Below are positions 28,201-35,347 of a DNA stretch of 64,000 nucleotides, in pieces. The first letter of the stretch is position 1. Each line of letters begins with the position of its first letter. The translations under genes and the position numbers were made by a program. The notes below the pieces were generated by a model that was not told where the DNA came from, ran no database searches, and saw only the letters and a program-made list of their open reading frames with translations. The DNA is from an uncultured Bacteroidales bacterium (GTDB taxonomy: Bacteria > Bacteroidota > Bacteroidia > Bacteroidales > UBA3663), in NCBI GenBank assembly GCA_905235375.1, contig CAJOLH010000003.1:85268-149267 (forward strand). The letters run 5' to 3'.

Positions 28201-29563
28201 CCTTGTCAGCAAAGATCCCTCCTTCGAACACACCGTCACCTCTGACGCCTACTTCTTCGCCAACTTCAAGGCTTACAGCGCCTACGACGAGATCTTCGAG
28301 CACTGCCGTCCCTTCGATGCCGCAGTCCGTACCATCGACGAGCTTCTTGTCGCCCTCGATGCAGCAGCCAAGCGGCCCTCCCCCGACCAGCGCTATCGCA
28401 TCTTCCTTTTCGATGGCACCTACGACTTCGGCACCACTGCCCTCACCAAAGTGCCCGGCAACACCTCGCTCATCGGCGAAAGCATGGAGGGCGTGCTTCT
28501 CATGAACGATCCTGGCACCGTCACAAAGTACCAGGACGAGACGCCCGTGCTCTTCATCGACCAGAATCAGAACGGCGTCTATATGCAGGATCTCACCATC
28601 CGCCAGGCACGCGACTGGGACAGCGGCCGCTCCAAGGGCCAGGCCATCGCCCTGCGCCAGCGCGGCAAGCAGGCAATCTACAAGAACGTGCGTCTGCAGG
28701 GCGTGCAGGACACCTACTATCTCAACAAGGCCGATGCCACCGCCTACTTCGAGGATTGCGACATCGCCGGCGAAGTCGATTTCATCTATGGCGACGGCAC
28801 GATGTTCTTCCAACGCTGTACCCTCCGCCCCCTCAGTTCTGGAGCCTGCATCACCGCCCCCAACACCCAGCCCGCCTACAAGGGCATCGTCTTCGACCGC
28901 TGCACCATCGATGGTGCCGAAGGCTATCGTCTGGGGCGTCCGTGGGGCGACTCACCTGCCAGCACCTTCCTCCACACCACCATGCGCTCCCTGCCCAATG
29001 CCGCAGGTTGGGGCTCAATGACGTCAGGCCTCGTCGTTCGCTTCCATGAGTTCGACTCGTGCGATGCCGAAGGCAATCCGCTCGACCTCAGTGCTCGCTC
29101 CATCAGCGCCTGCAATGCCGCCGCTACCTCCGACCCCTGCGTCATCACCGAAGAGCAGGCTGCCGACTACACGCTCGACAAGGTGTTCCCCAACTGGTAC
29201 CCGCAGAGCTTCACCGTACAACTCAGCACCGAAATGGTAATCGCCGACCGCACGCTCACCTGGGAATGTCCCGACACGGCCTTAGGCTTCGTCGTATGCA
29301 AGGACGGTCATCCCGTAGCCTTCACCACTGACCTCTCCTACACCCTGCCCGACGATGACACCGCCAGCACTTATTCCCTGCGCGTCATCAACGAGATGGG
29401 CGGTCTTGGCCCAGCGTACAATGCCGTCACAGGCATTCGTCAGCTATTCACCGACCGCATCCCCACCGACACCCCCACCACCTTTCACAACCTCCTCGGC
29501 CAAAAAGTATCCTCCAATTACCGAGGGATTGTGATCAGCAGCAAGGGAATCATGATGAAATGA
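25271..29563 (+). CDS. Multidomain pectin-degrading enzyme (1430 aa): N-terminal PL1 pectate lyase, Ca-binding-like and Listeria-Bacteroides-type repeat domains, C-terminal CE8 pectin methylesterase, and a T9SS-like tail
   Basis: PL1 evidence: AFPGAEGYGRYVTGGRGG, DHCSMTWSMEE, HSRAPRFNGVR. CE8 evidence: GQAIALRQRG, LQGVQDTYYL, VDFIYGDG, YRLGRPWG. The GYNFVGWTDED and YTLIGWTSQG repeats are present. The C-terminus is FHNLLGQKVSSNYRGIVISSKGIMMK. The start is set at MKSTLFSTLLSAVVLLC. Confidence 0.88.
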   Translation: MKSTLFSTLLSAVVLLCTLSTPALAERQLAFPGAEGYGRYVTGGRGGEVCYVTRNDDCSDNNLVEGTLRWALNHDNGGRPRIILFNTSGTIYLESKLRFRFPNVSILGQSAPGGGICLTGYNMYINNDNIIIRYVRFRAGDIPNKSMTGLDMENCEGVILDHCSMTWSMEECLTAYDSDSTTVQWCIIGEGLYNSKNSKGARAYATQWGGEHSTMHHTLITNSHSRAPRFNGVRSVSNTKGEHDYQVDSEFANNVVFNWSGATNQYGGEYDKATVEAPAWAKDDPGYDRVYLIGNYYRPGPATQRNTSSARYWCAPSTPYGQWYLSGNKFEVNSRWAPQNSTVWSETELNKVNADNYYGAQSGSSSRGINLTGSNFTTYTLTELPYALSGLEYESADEAFAKVTSRAGASLPRYDEVDQRLLDEAAGRIDPQYAGASIPNEKGIIDAPDDVQLTEHDTYVVDGVTYTNFPFLGMREGDRYIIDADCDGMPNAYEDEMGFNKNDPTDGAALAANGYTNVENYLNGIADGTLQKSRYETSDYAITPGHDMTGDVHYTFTTGRADGEAPQGGTLPFASQYVIPQNTSLYLDGYTLIGWTSQGKTYYIGDVVTLVEDMTFAPVFQKNTISIDDRRHDTRWTWDFTLPAAPKLNAEDEGIYVNQNEVEGISIDTYIEYSGTRVTLPFRTGATAFVNDTKVESDVSPDSTLAFITVPTDVALRTITVLFPYVEPSHAQSGSVTISWPWNTGAYVAAATFSDDDSALAFASATATYNENYLSYMSKTDKVDKENWVAFQPAEQISTPDPNYVVEFRVIPAAGVSFTPTSVSLNAMRFGTDGGKLDIYAVYGDEEVLLDEALVPGRDNAGKTPIYHDLSNPSNLSNPSNLSNLSTLSNPFSLRIYIYSLGNSKQVGFNHITINGDWSGSSSAEQYSVSAEALPAEGGSVTLSPAGGLYREGTVITLKATPNEGYNFVGWTDEDENLVSKDPSFEHTVTSDAYFFANFKAYSAYDEIFEHCRPFDAAVRTIDELLVALDAAAKRPSPDQRYRIFLFDGTYDFGTTALTKVPGNTSLIGESMEGVLLMNDPGTVTKYQDETPVLFIDQNQNGVYMQDLTIRQARDWDSGRSKGQAIALRQRGKQAIYKNVRLQGVQDTYYLNKADATAYFEDCDIAGEVDFIYGDGTMFFQRCTLRPLSSGACITAPNTQPAYKGIVFDRCTIDGAEGYRLGRPWGDSPASTFLHTTMRSLPNAAGWGSMTSGLVVRFHEFDSCDAEGNPLDLSARSISACNAAATSDPCVITEEQAADYTLDKVFPNWYPQSFTVQLSTEMVIADRTLTWECPDTALGFVVCKDGHPVAFTTDLSYTLPDDDTASTYSLRVINEMGGLGPAYNAVTGIRQLFTDRIPTDTPTTFHNLLGQKVSSNYRGIVISSKGIMMK
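27879..27941 (+). repeat. Seven tandem 9-bp units (TCTCAAACC/CTTCAAACC) in-frame in the PL1/CE8 gene
   Basis: Direct reading. Encodes LSNPSNLSNPSNLSNLSTLSNP. It shares the identical 21-mer ACCTCTCAAACCCTTCAAACC with 7861-7881. Confidence 0.95.
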
Positions 29564-29651
29564 GCCAACAATGTTGTCGCCCGACGAAGCGGAGAATCCC
29601 GTTTTTCCGCCACAACATTGTCATCCGATTCCTTATCTCCGCAAAATCCCC

Positions 29652-29659
29652 TATCTTTG
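29652..29659 (+). promoter_or_regulatory. Orphan Bacteroidota -7 box (TATCTTTG) with no downstream ORF
   Basis: Lies inside an 18-nt block (29643-29660) identical to 25210-25227. There is no plus-strand ORF of 60 aa or more before 30510. Confidence 0.45.
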
Positions 29660-29887
29660 CGCCAGATAAGAAATCAAGACAAAAGTAAAACGCTGATTGG
29701 GAGTGGCAGACCGTGAGGTTAGCCACTTCTTCGTTTTGTAGGGGACTAAACAATTGGGACTTGGCAAGTCGCGACATTTAGCGCATCAATCGACAGCTGA
29801 GATGCTTGCTGACAGCGGGAATGCAGAAAACTTTCTTAATTCGAGCGGATGGATGACAAGCCCAGCATCATCAGGCAGACGAAAAAA

Positions 29888-30330
29888 AGCACTCTGACGC
29901 GCAACAGAGTGCTTCCTCATTTTGCGCAAGCATCGCGACGGGCGACAGAGTGCTTGCTCCTATAGAATAGTGTACTCTGACGCGTGTCAGAGTGCTTGCT
30001 TCTACAGAATAGAGCATCGCGACGGGCGACAGAGTGCTTGCTCCTATAGAATAGTGTACTCTGATGCATGACAGAATGCTTGCTCCTACAGAATAGAGCA
30101 TCAGGACGCGCGGCAAAGTGCTTCCGCGATTAGATAGAGCATTCTGACGCGCGACAGAATGCTTACTCCTAAGGAATAGAATACTCTGACGCGCGACAGA
30201 GTGCTTGCTCCTACGGAATGAAGCATCACGACGCGCGACAGAGTGCTTCCGCGATTGGATAGAGCATTATGACGCGCGACAAAATGCTTGCTCCTACGGA
30301 ATAAAGCATTATGACGCGCGACAGAGTGCT
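29888..30330. repeat. Tandem array of 11 degenerate 41-42-bp units, each carrying inverted arms (G[C/T]ACTCTG-ACGCGCGA-CAGAGTGC)
   Basis: CAGAGTGC-type arms start at 29905, 29946, 29988, 30030, 30072, 30114, 30155, 30197, 30239, 30280 and 30322. The sequence between the arms is also conserved. Confidence 0.9.
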
Positions 30331-30513
30331 ATATGACAAAATAGATGGCGAATCTGAGTTTGAAACCTGCTTTCCGAATAAAGATAAAACCTTTTCAAAG
30401 AATTTGGAGAAAAATGATGAATTCGAAGGACAAGAAGGAAACCGAACCGCAATGGATAGAATGGAACGGCAAACGAATCTTTGAAATAATCGTTTAGCCG
30501 TCCCATTAAAAGT

Positions 30514-31696
30514 TTAACCGCGAGCCATGCGATAGATTTCTGCCATGTCGGTGGGCGTTAGCACCTTCAGGCAACCGCAGGTGGCAGTGTAGTCGCGACT
30601 GCATTTGCGTGTCATTTCGCAAATCTCGTCATCGGTAATCTCTCGGCCAATGAGTTCGCGAATGTTGATGGGCATTCCGATGGCATGATAGAAACGCTCC
30701 ATGGCTTCGATGCCCTTCAGTGCAGTAGACTCAGGGTCGGTGAAGTCGTTGGGCACATCCATCACATTCACCGCGAAGCGCACGAAACGACTAAGGTTCT
30801 GGTGCAATACATATCGTGCCCAACTGGGCCAGATGGCGGCAAGACCGGCACCATGTGTCACGTCGAACATTCCGCTCAGCTCGTGTTCCAGCTGGTGGGT
30901 AGCCCAATCGTCGCTCACGCCGCAACCCGTCAGTCCGTTGTGTGCAACACTGCCGCCCCACATGATCTGAGCACGCTGACGATAGTCCTCGGGATTCTTG
31001 AGCACATCGAAGATGGCGACCTTCATGCGACGCAGCACAGCTTCCGCCAAATCGGTGGTGAGGTCCATATCGTCGTCGATGGTGAAATAGCGCTCCATGG
31101 TATGCATCATCATATCGGTGACACCTGCTGCCGTCTGATAGGGCGGTAAGGTGAACGTGCGACATGGATTCATGATGGCGAACTTGGGACGTGACATATT
31201 GTTAGAATAGCCAAGTTTCACATCGCCATCCTCATTGGTGATGACACTTGCCTCGCTCATCTCGCTGCCTGCTGCAGGGATAGTCAGCACTGATGCCACT
31301 GGAAGCATGGATTCGGGTTCGGCCTTGCCCAGATAAATGTCCCATACATCGCCATCGAACCTAACGCCGTAAGCGATACATTTTGCACTGTCGATGACAC
31401 TACCGCCACCCACAGCAAGGATGAAGTCAATGCCTTCCTCGGCAAAGTTCAATGCCCTGCTTTGCCAACGACAGACGCGGATTGGGAACTACGCCACCCA
31501 GGGTAAATACTTCGATGCCACCATCGCGAAGGAGGTTGCACACCTTGTCGAGCAATCCCGAGCGAACCGCACTCTTGCCACCGTAATGAACCAGCACCTT
31601 GGTGCCACCATATTTCTTCACCAGTTGAGCCACCTGCTCCTCTGATTCTTTGCCGAAAACCACTTCGGTCGGCGCATAGTAATTGAAATCCTTCAT
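30514..31696 (-). pseudogene. Iron-containing (group III) alcohol dehydrogenase interrupted by a frameshift near 31440
   Basis: The N-terminal ORF (MKDFNYYAPTEVVFG...GVVPNPRLSLAKQGIELCRGRH*) and the C-terminal ORF (..EEGIDFILAVGGGSVIDSAK...) overlap in different frames. A 1-nt indel at TGCCGAGGAAGGC restores ELCR-EEGIDF. Confidence 0.8.
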
Positions 31697-31720
31697 TTTG
31701 TCAATTGATAAAAAATTGTT

Positions 31721-32476
31721 TTATCTGAATTCCCTCAACTTCTCGACATATCGCCAGAAGTAGATGAAGGGGTTGAATGCTATGCCGTGTTTGTGAAAGG
31801 CGCGGATATGGTCTTTCATGATTCGATAATGACTCTGCAAGCCTTTGGTTGTGGCTCCACCGATACGCATTGTCACCCAATCCTCCTCGACGTAGAGTGT
31901 CTTGATACGATTGAGATAAATGAGTCGCAGGAGGAACTCGAAGTCGGCTGCCACCTTATAATCGAGATCATAATAGCCGAACTTCTCCAAACATTCGCGT
32001 CGCAGATAGAAAGTAGGATGTGCCGGAATATAGCCCATCCGCATACGCTCAGGCGTAAACTTCTTGCTGCTATAGTAGCGCACAATCCGATTCGGATCCT
32101 TCGGCGAAACATAATGGACGTCGGCATAGACGGCATCCACGTCGGGATGCTGGTCGAAAGTGCGTGCTATGGTGGACAGGATATCGTTGCGCGTGAAGAA
32201 ATCGTCACTATTGAGGATGCCGATGACATCGCCCGTGGCACGAAGGCATCCACGATTGAACCCATCGTAGATTCCTTCGTCGGGACAACTCTCCAACTTC
32301 AACCGATTACCCAATCGGGAAGCGTATTCCTCGATGAGCTGCAATGTGCCATCGGTACTTCCCCCATCCTGTATGACCAGCTCGTAGTCATCGTAGTCTT
32401 GAGCCAACACGCCCTCAATGGTGCTACGCAATGTGCCAGCACTATTGTAGGTGGATGTCACGATAGATATTTTCAT
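31721..32476 (-). CDS. Family 2 glycosyltransferase
   Basis: MKISIVTSTYNSAGTLRSTIEGVLAQDYDDYELVIQDGGSTDGT is the classic GT2 N-terminus. Confidence 0.85.
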   Translation of the reverse strand: MKISIVTSTYNSAGTLRSTIEGVLAQDYDDYELVIQDGGSTDGTLQLIEEYASRLGNRLKLESCPDEGIYDGFNRGCLRATGDVIGILNSDDFFTRNDILSTIARTFDQHPDVDAVYADVHYVSPKDPNRIVRYYSSKKFTPERMRMGYIPAHPTFYLRRECLEKFGYYDLDYKVAADFEFLLRLIYLNRIKTLYVEEDWVTMRIGGATTKGLQSHYRIMKDHIRAFHKHGIAFNPFIYFWRYVEKLREFR

Positions 32477-32499
32477 CGATTGTCATGGATTTTCCGGTG

Positions 32500-32507
32500 C
32501 AAAGTTA
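32500..32507 (-). promoter_or_regulatory. Bacteroidota -7 box (TAACTTTG on the minus strand) for the GT2 gene
   Basis: CAAAGTTA on the plus strand, 24 nt upstream of the ATG at 32476. Confidence 0.5.
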
Positions 32508-32544
32508 CATATAATACTTGAGAATACAAAATAATTTGCAGGAT

Positions 32545-32579
32545 AATTAACAATTAACGATTAACAATTAACAATTAAA
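32545..32579. repeat. Five tandem 7-bp units (AATTAAC)
   Basis: Direct reading: aattaac aattaac gattaac aattaac aattaaa. Confidence 0.8.
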
Positions 32580-32601
32580 GAATGAAGAATAGCGCCAATA
32601 C

Positions 32602-32747
32602 AAAAAAACCGTCACCTGCCATTTGACTGACAGGTGACACGGGTTTGCTTTTCTTTTATCCAGTTTTTCTGGTATTAGATTTAAGGTCCCAAAGAAACTA
32701 CTTTTGTTGCGTTATTTAAGGTATTGTGTTATGGTTGTTTATTTAAG
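32602..32747 (-). ncRNA. Candidate small RNA (about 145 nt) bounded by a -7 box and an intrinsic terminator
   Basis: A minus-strand TATCTTTG box lies at 32754-32761. A terminator GUCACCUG-N12-CAGGUGAC followed by GGUUUUUUUG lies at 32602-32638. No ORF is present. ACCUUAAAU occurs three times in the transcript. Confidence 0.45.
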
Positions 32748-32884
32748 GTGGTGCAAAGATACATCATTTTTCAAACGAATCCAAATTTTCGTGAAACTTT
32801 TTTGCCGCGTAATCGGTTGCGCAAATACATTTTATTCTAAAAATATGTTATAGAACATGCTTTTTATGAAATAAGGAGAGGGAA

Positions 32885-33847
32885 TCAAGTGAAATTCCGA
32901 ACGAACGATAGAATTTTGTCAGCGTCAGCTGGATGGAACCAATGTATCTCCTGATCACGCTGGAACCAGGTCATCTGTTTTTTGCTATAGACACGGGAAT
33001 TATGACAAATACGCTCCTTGGCACGATCGAGCGTATAGACACCCGTGAAGTATAGCAGCAGCTCCTTCAGACCGACGGTATTCAGAGATGACGGCAAGAG
33101 ATTGGGGATAGGTTGCTTTTGCGTGGGTCCCGGATTACGAACGACCGAGGATAACTGTTCATCGACCGAAGACCGATAACGCTGATAGACGCGCCCTGCC
33201 TCCTCCACGATTCCTTGCTCGAACATCTGCGCTACCCTCAATTCGATGCGACGATAGAGCTCTTCCCTATCACGATGCAAGCCTATCTTGACCACACGGA
33301 AAGGGCGTTGCTTGCTCCGCCCCGTATGAAAAGTGCTGAAAGGCTGGCCGGTAGTCAGACACATCTCAAGACCATGAATGACGCGCTGTGGATTCTGCCG
33401 ATCGACCGAAGCATAATATACGGGGTCGAGCTGCTGCAGTTGTGCAAGAAGCGGTTGGAGCCCTTCAGCTTCATACTGCCTGCGCAGACGCTCGCGTATG
33501 GCAGGATCGGCCTGAGGCATATCGTCGATGCCTCTCGTCACTGCATCGATATACATCATCGAGCCACCGGAAAGAAGATAATCTTTTGGGCATATAGCAA
33601 AGAGCTGCATGACATCCGTCTCATACTGTGCAGCGCTGTAGGCATCCTCAAGGCCATGAGTTCCCACAAAGAAATGTTGCACCCGCGCCTGCTCCTGGGC
33701 CGTTGGTGCTGCTGTGCATATTGGTATCTCGCGATAGATCTGCCGCGAGTCACAATTGACAATCGGTACGCCCAACATCTCAGCCATCTGCAAGCTGAGT
33801 GCCGTTTTCCCGACAGCGGTGGGACCTAAAAGGACGAAAACAGTCAT
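32885..33847 (-). CDS. miaA: tRNA dimethylallyltransferase
   Basis: The P-loop N-terminus VLLGPTAVGKTALS, then NCDSRQIYREIPICTAAPT and the overall layout are typical of MiaA. Confidence 0.9.
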   Translation of the reverse strand: MTVFVLLGPTAVGKTALSLQMAEMLGVPIVNCDSRQIYREIPICTAAPTAQEQARVQHFFVGTHGLEDAYSAAQYETDVMQLFAICPKDYLLSGGSMMYIDAVTRGIDDMPQADPAIRERLRRQYEAEGLQPLLAQLQQLDPVYYASVDRQNPQRVIHGLEMCLTTGQPFSTFHTGRSKQRPFRVVKIGLHRDREELYRRIELRVAQMFEQGIVEEAGRVYQRYRSSVDEQLSSVVRNPGPTQKQPIPNLLPSSLNTVGLKELLLYFTGVYTLDRAKERICHNSRVYSKKQMTWFQRDQEIHWFHPADADKILSFVRNFT

Positions 33848-33897
33848 CTTTTGCTAAATATTTGGTCAAAAAAATTGGTAATTTGACAAAAATCCGT

Positions 33898-33905
33898 TAT
33901 CTTTG
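33898..33905 (+). promoter_or_regulatory. Bacteroidota -7 box (TATCTTTG) for the symporter gene
   Basis: TAnnTTTG match 54 nt upstream of the ATG at 33959. Confidence 0.5.
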
Positions 33906-33958
33906 CGACGTTTTTCTTTTCTTTTTTATCACGAATTTGCGAATTTGCGATTATTTGT

Positions 33959-35347
33959 ATGAACGAGATACTTACTACCCTCAACGGCTATCTATGGGGC
34001 TGGCCAATGATTGTACTGCTGGTAGGCACACACATCTTCCTGACCATACGACTGAAGTTCCCGCAGCGATACATTGGCAAAGCCATCCGACTGTCGTTCC
34101 AGCGTGATACGAACTCGAAGGGCGACGTTTCGCAATTCGCTGCTCTTGCCACCGGCCTTGCTGCGACTATTGGCACTGGCAACATCATCGGTGTTGCCAC
34201 GGCTGTCACCATGGGCGGACCGGGTGCCATCTTCTGGTGCTGGGTCACCGGTGTGTTCGGCATTGCCACCAAATACGCCGAAGGCCTGCTGTCGATCAAA
34301 TACCGCATCACGACGAAAGAAGGCAAGATGCTGGGCGGACCGATGTATGCCATCGAGCATGGCATGGGCTGCAAATGGCTCGCCATATTGTTCGCCCTCT
34401 TCGCTTTCCTTGCCACCTTCGGCATAGGCTGCACCATTCAGAGCAATGCCATCTCGACCATGGCGGCAGAGAGTTTCGGATGGGACACAACTTGGATAGG
34501 GCTCATCCTTGCCATCCTCATCGGCATGGTGGTCATCTTTGGCGTGAAAGGCATTGCCAAGGTCTGCGAACTCCTCGTTCCGTTCATGGCCATCTTCTAT
34601 GTTGCAGGTTGCATTGTCCTGCTGATTCACCAGAGCCAATATATCGGCGAAGCACTTGCGGTGATTCTGAAGAGTGCCTTCTCTGCGCAGGCGGCAACGG
34701 GCGGATTTGTCGGTTCGACCATCATGCTTTCGATGCGCTATGGTATAGCCCGTGGTCTCTTCAGCAACGAGGCGGGCCTGGGGTCCGCACCCATCGTAGC
34801 CGCTGCTGCCAAGACGAAGAATCCCGTGCGTCAGGCGCTGGTGTCGAGCACCTCGGTCTTTTGGGACACCGTCATCATCTGCGCACTCACAGGCCTCGTG
34901 CTTGTCACCACCATCCTGGCCGACAATGGTGTCGATTCGACGGCATCAGCGGCACTCACCCGACAGGCCTTCGAGCAGATTCCCATCTCCCTCGCCGGCT
35001 ATAATGTGGGCGGCGTTCTGCTGAGCATTGCCATCTTCACGTTCGCTTTCAGCACCATCTTAGGCTGGAGCTATTATGGGGAGAAGGCCTTGGAATACCT
35101 TTGCGGGAAGTACGGCAAGGCGGGCAGATACATCTTCCGCGTGCTCATCACAATCGGAACCTATTTTGGTGCAACAAATGCACTCGAAGCGGTGTGGAAC
35201 TTCGGTGATGCCGCCAATGCACTGATGGCCATCCCGAACCTTGTTTGCCTCCTCGTGCTGAGCGGTGTGCTCGTCAAGGAAACGAGGTACTACCTGTGGG
35301 AGGACCGTTTGGACGAAGAAGCCAGAGACCAGAACTCCACGAACTGA
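33959..35347 (+). CDS. Alanine/glycine:cation symporter (AGCS family)
   Basis: 462-aa polytopic protein. GDVSQFAALATGLAATIGTGNIIGVATAV and FSNEAGLGSAPI are AGCS signatures. Confidence 0.88.
   Translation: MNEILTTLNGYLWGWPMIVLLVGTHIFLTIRLKFPQRYIGKAIRLSFQRDTNSKGDVSQFAALATGLAATIGTGNIIGVATAVTMGGPGAIFWCWVTGVFGIATKYAEGLLSIKYRITTKEGKMLGGPMYAIEHGMGCKWLAILFALFAFLATFGIGCTIQSNAISTMAAESFGWDTTWIGLILAILIGMVVIFGVKGIAKVCELLVPFMAIFYVAGCIVLLIHQSQYIGEALAVILKSAFSAQAATGGFVGSTIMLSMRYGIARGLFSNEAGLGSAPIVAAAAKTKNPVRQALVSSTSVFWDTVIICALTGLVLVTTILADNGVDSTASAALTRQAFEQIPISLAGYNVGGVLLSIAIFTFAFSTILGWSYYGEKALEYLCGKYGKAGRYIFRVLITIGTYFGATNALEAVWNFGDAANALMAIPNLVCLLVLSGVLVKETRYYLWEDRLDEEARDQNSTN

Noticed and set aside
29871-30116. 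An 81-aa minus-strand ORF (..VHYSIGASTLSPVAMLYSVEASTLTRVR.. repeated)
   Set aside because: The frame stays open only because the 42-bp repeat period is a multiple of three. The peptide is simply the repeat translated, the same frame hits stops in the rest of the array, and there is no start context or promoter.
29888-30330. Possible CRISPR array (regularly spaced short palindromic repeats)
   Set aside because: The sequences between the palindromic arms are themselves conserved from unit to unit, so there are no unique spacers. The period is only 41-42 bp, the arms are degenerate, and no cas genes lie in the window. It is treated as a tandem inverted-repeat array instead.
30414-30497. A 27-aa plus-strand ORF (MMNSKDKKETEPQWIEWNGKRIFEIIV) between the repeat array and the ADH gene
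   Set aside because: It is too short to support from sequence alone, has no recognisable promoter box, and overlaps the likely 3' UTR of the convergent ADH gene. It is noted only as something ribosome profiling could test.
32699-32706. A plus-strand TACTTTTG box suggesting a rightward transcript antisense to miaA
   Set aside because: It is a single motif match in AT-rich DNA with no downstream ORF or terminator, and it lies inside the better-supported minus-strand sRNA candidate.
35290-35347. A 58-nt overlap of the convergent symporter and glycosyltransferase 3' ends, as a possible antisense regulatory arrangement
   Set aside because: Neither C-terminal tail is conserved-looking (low-complexity ends), so one or both true stops being effectively dispensable is the simpler reading. 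There is no supporting structure or motif.
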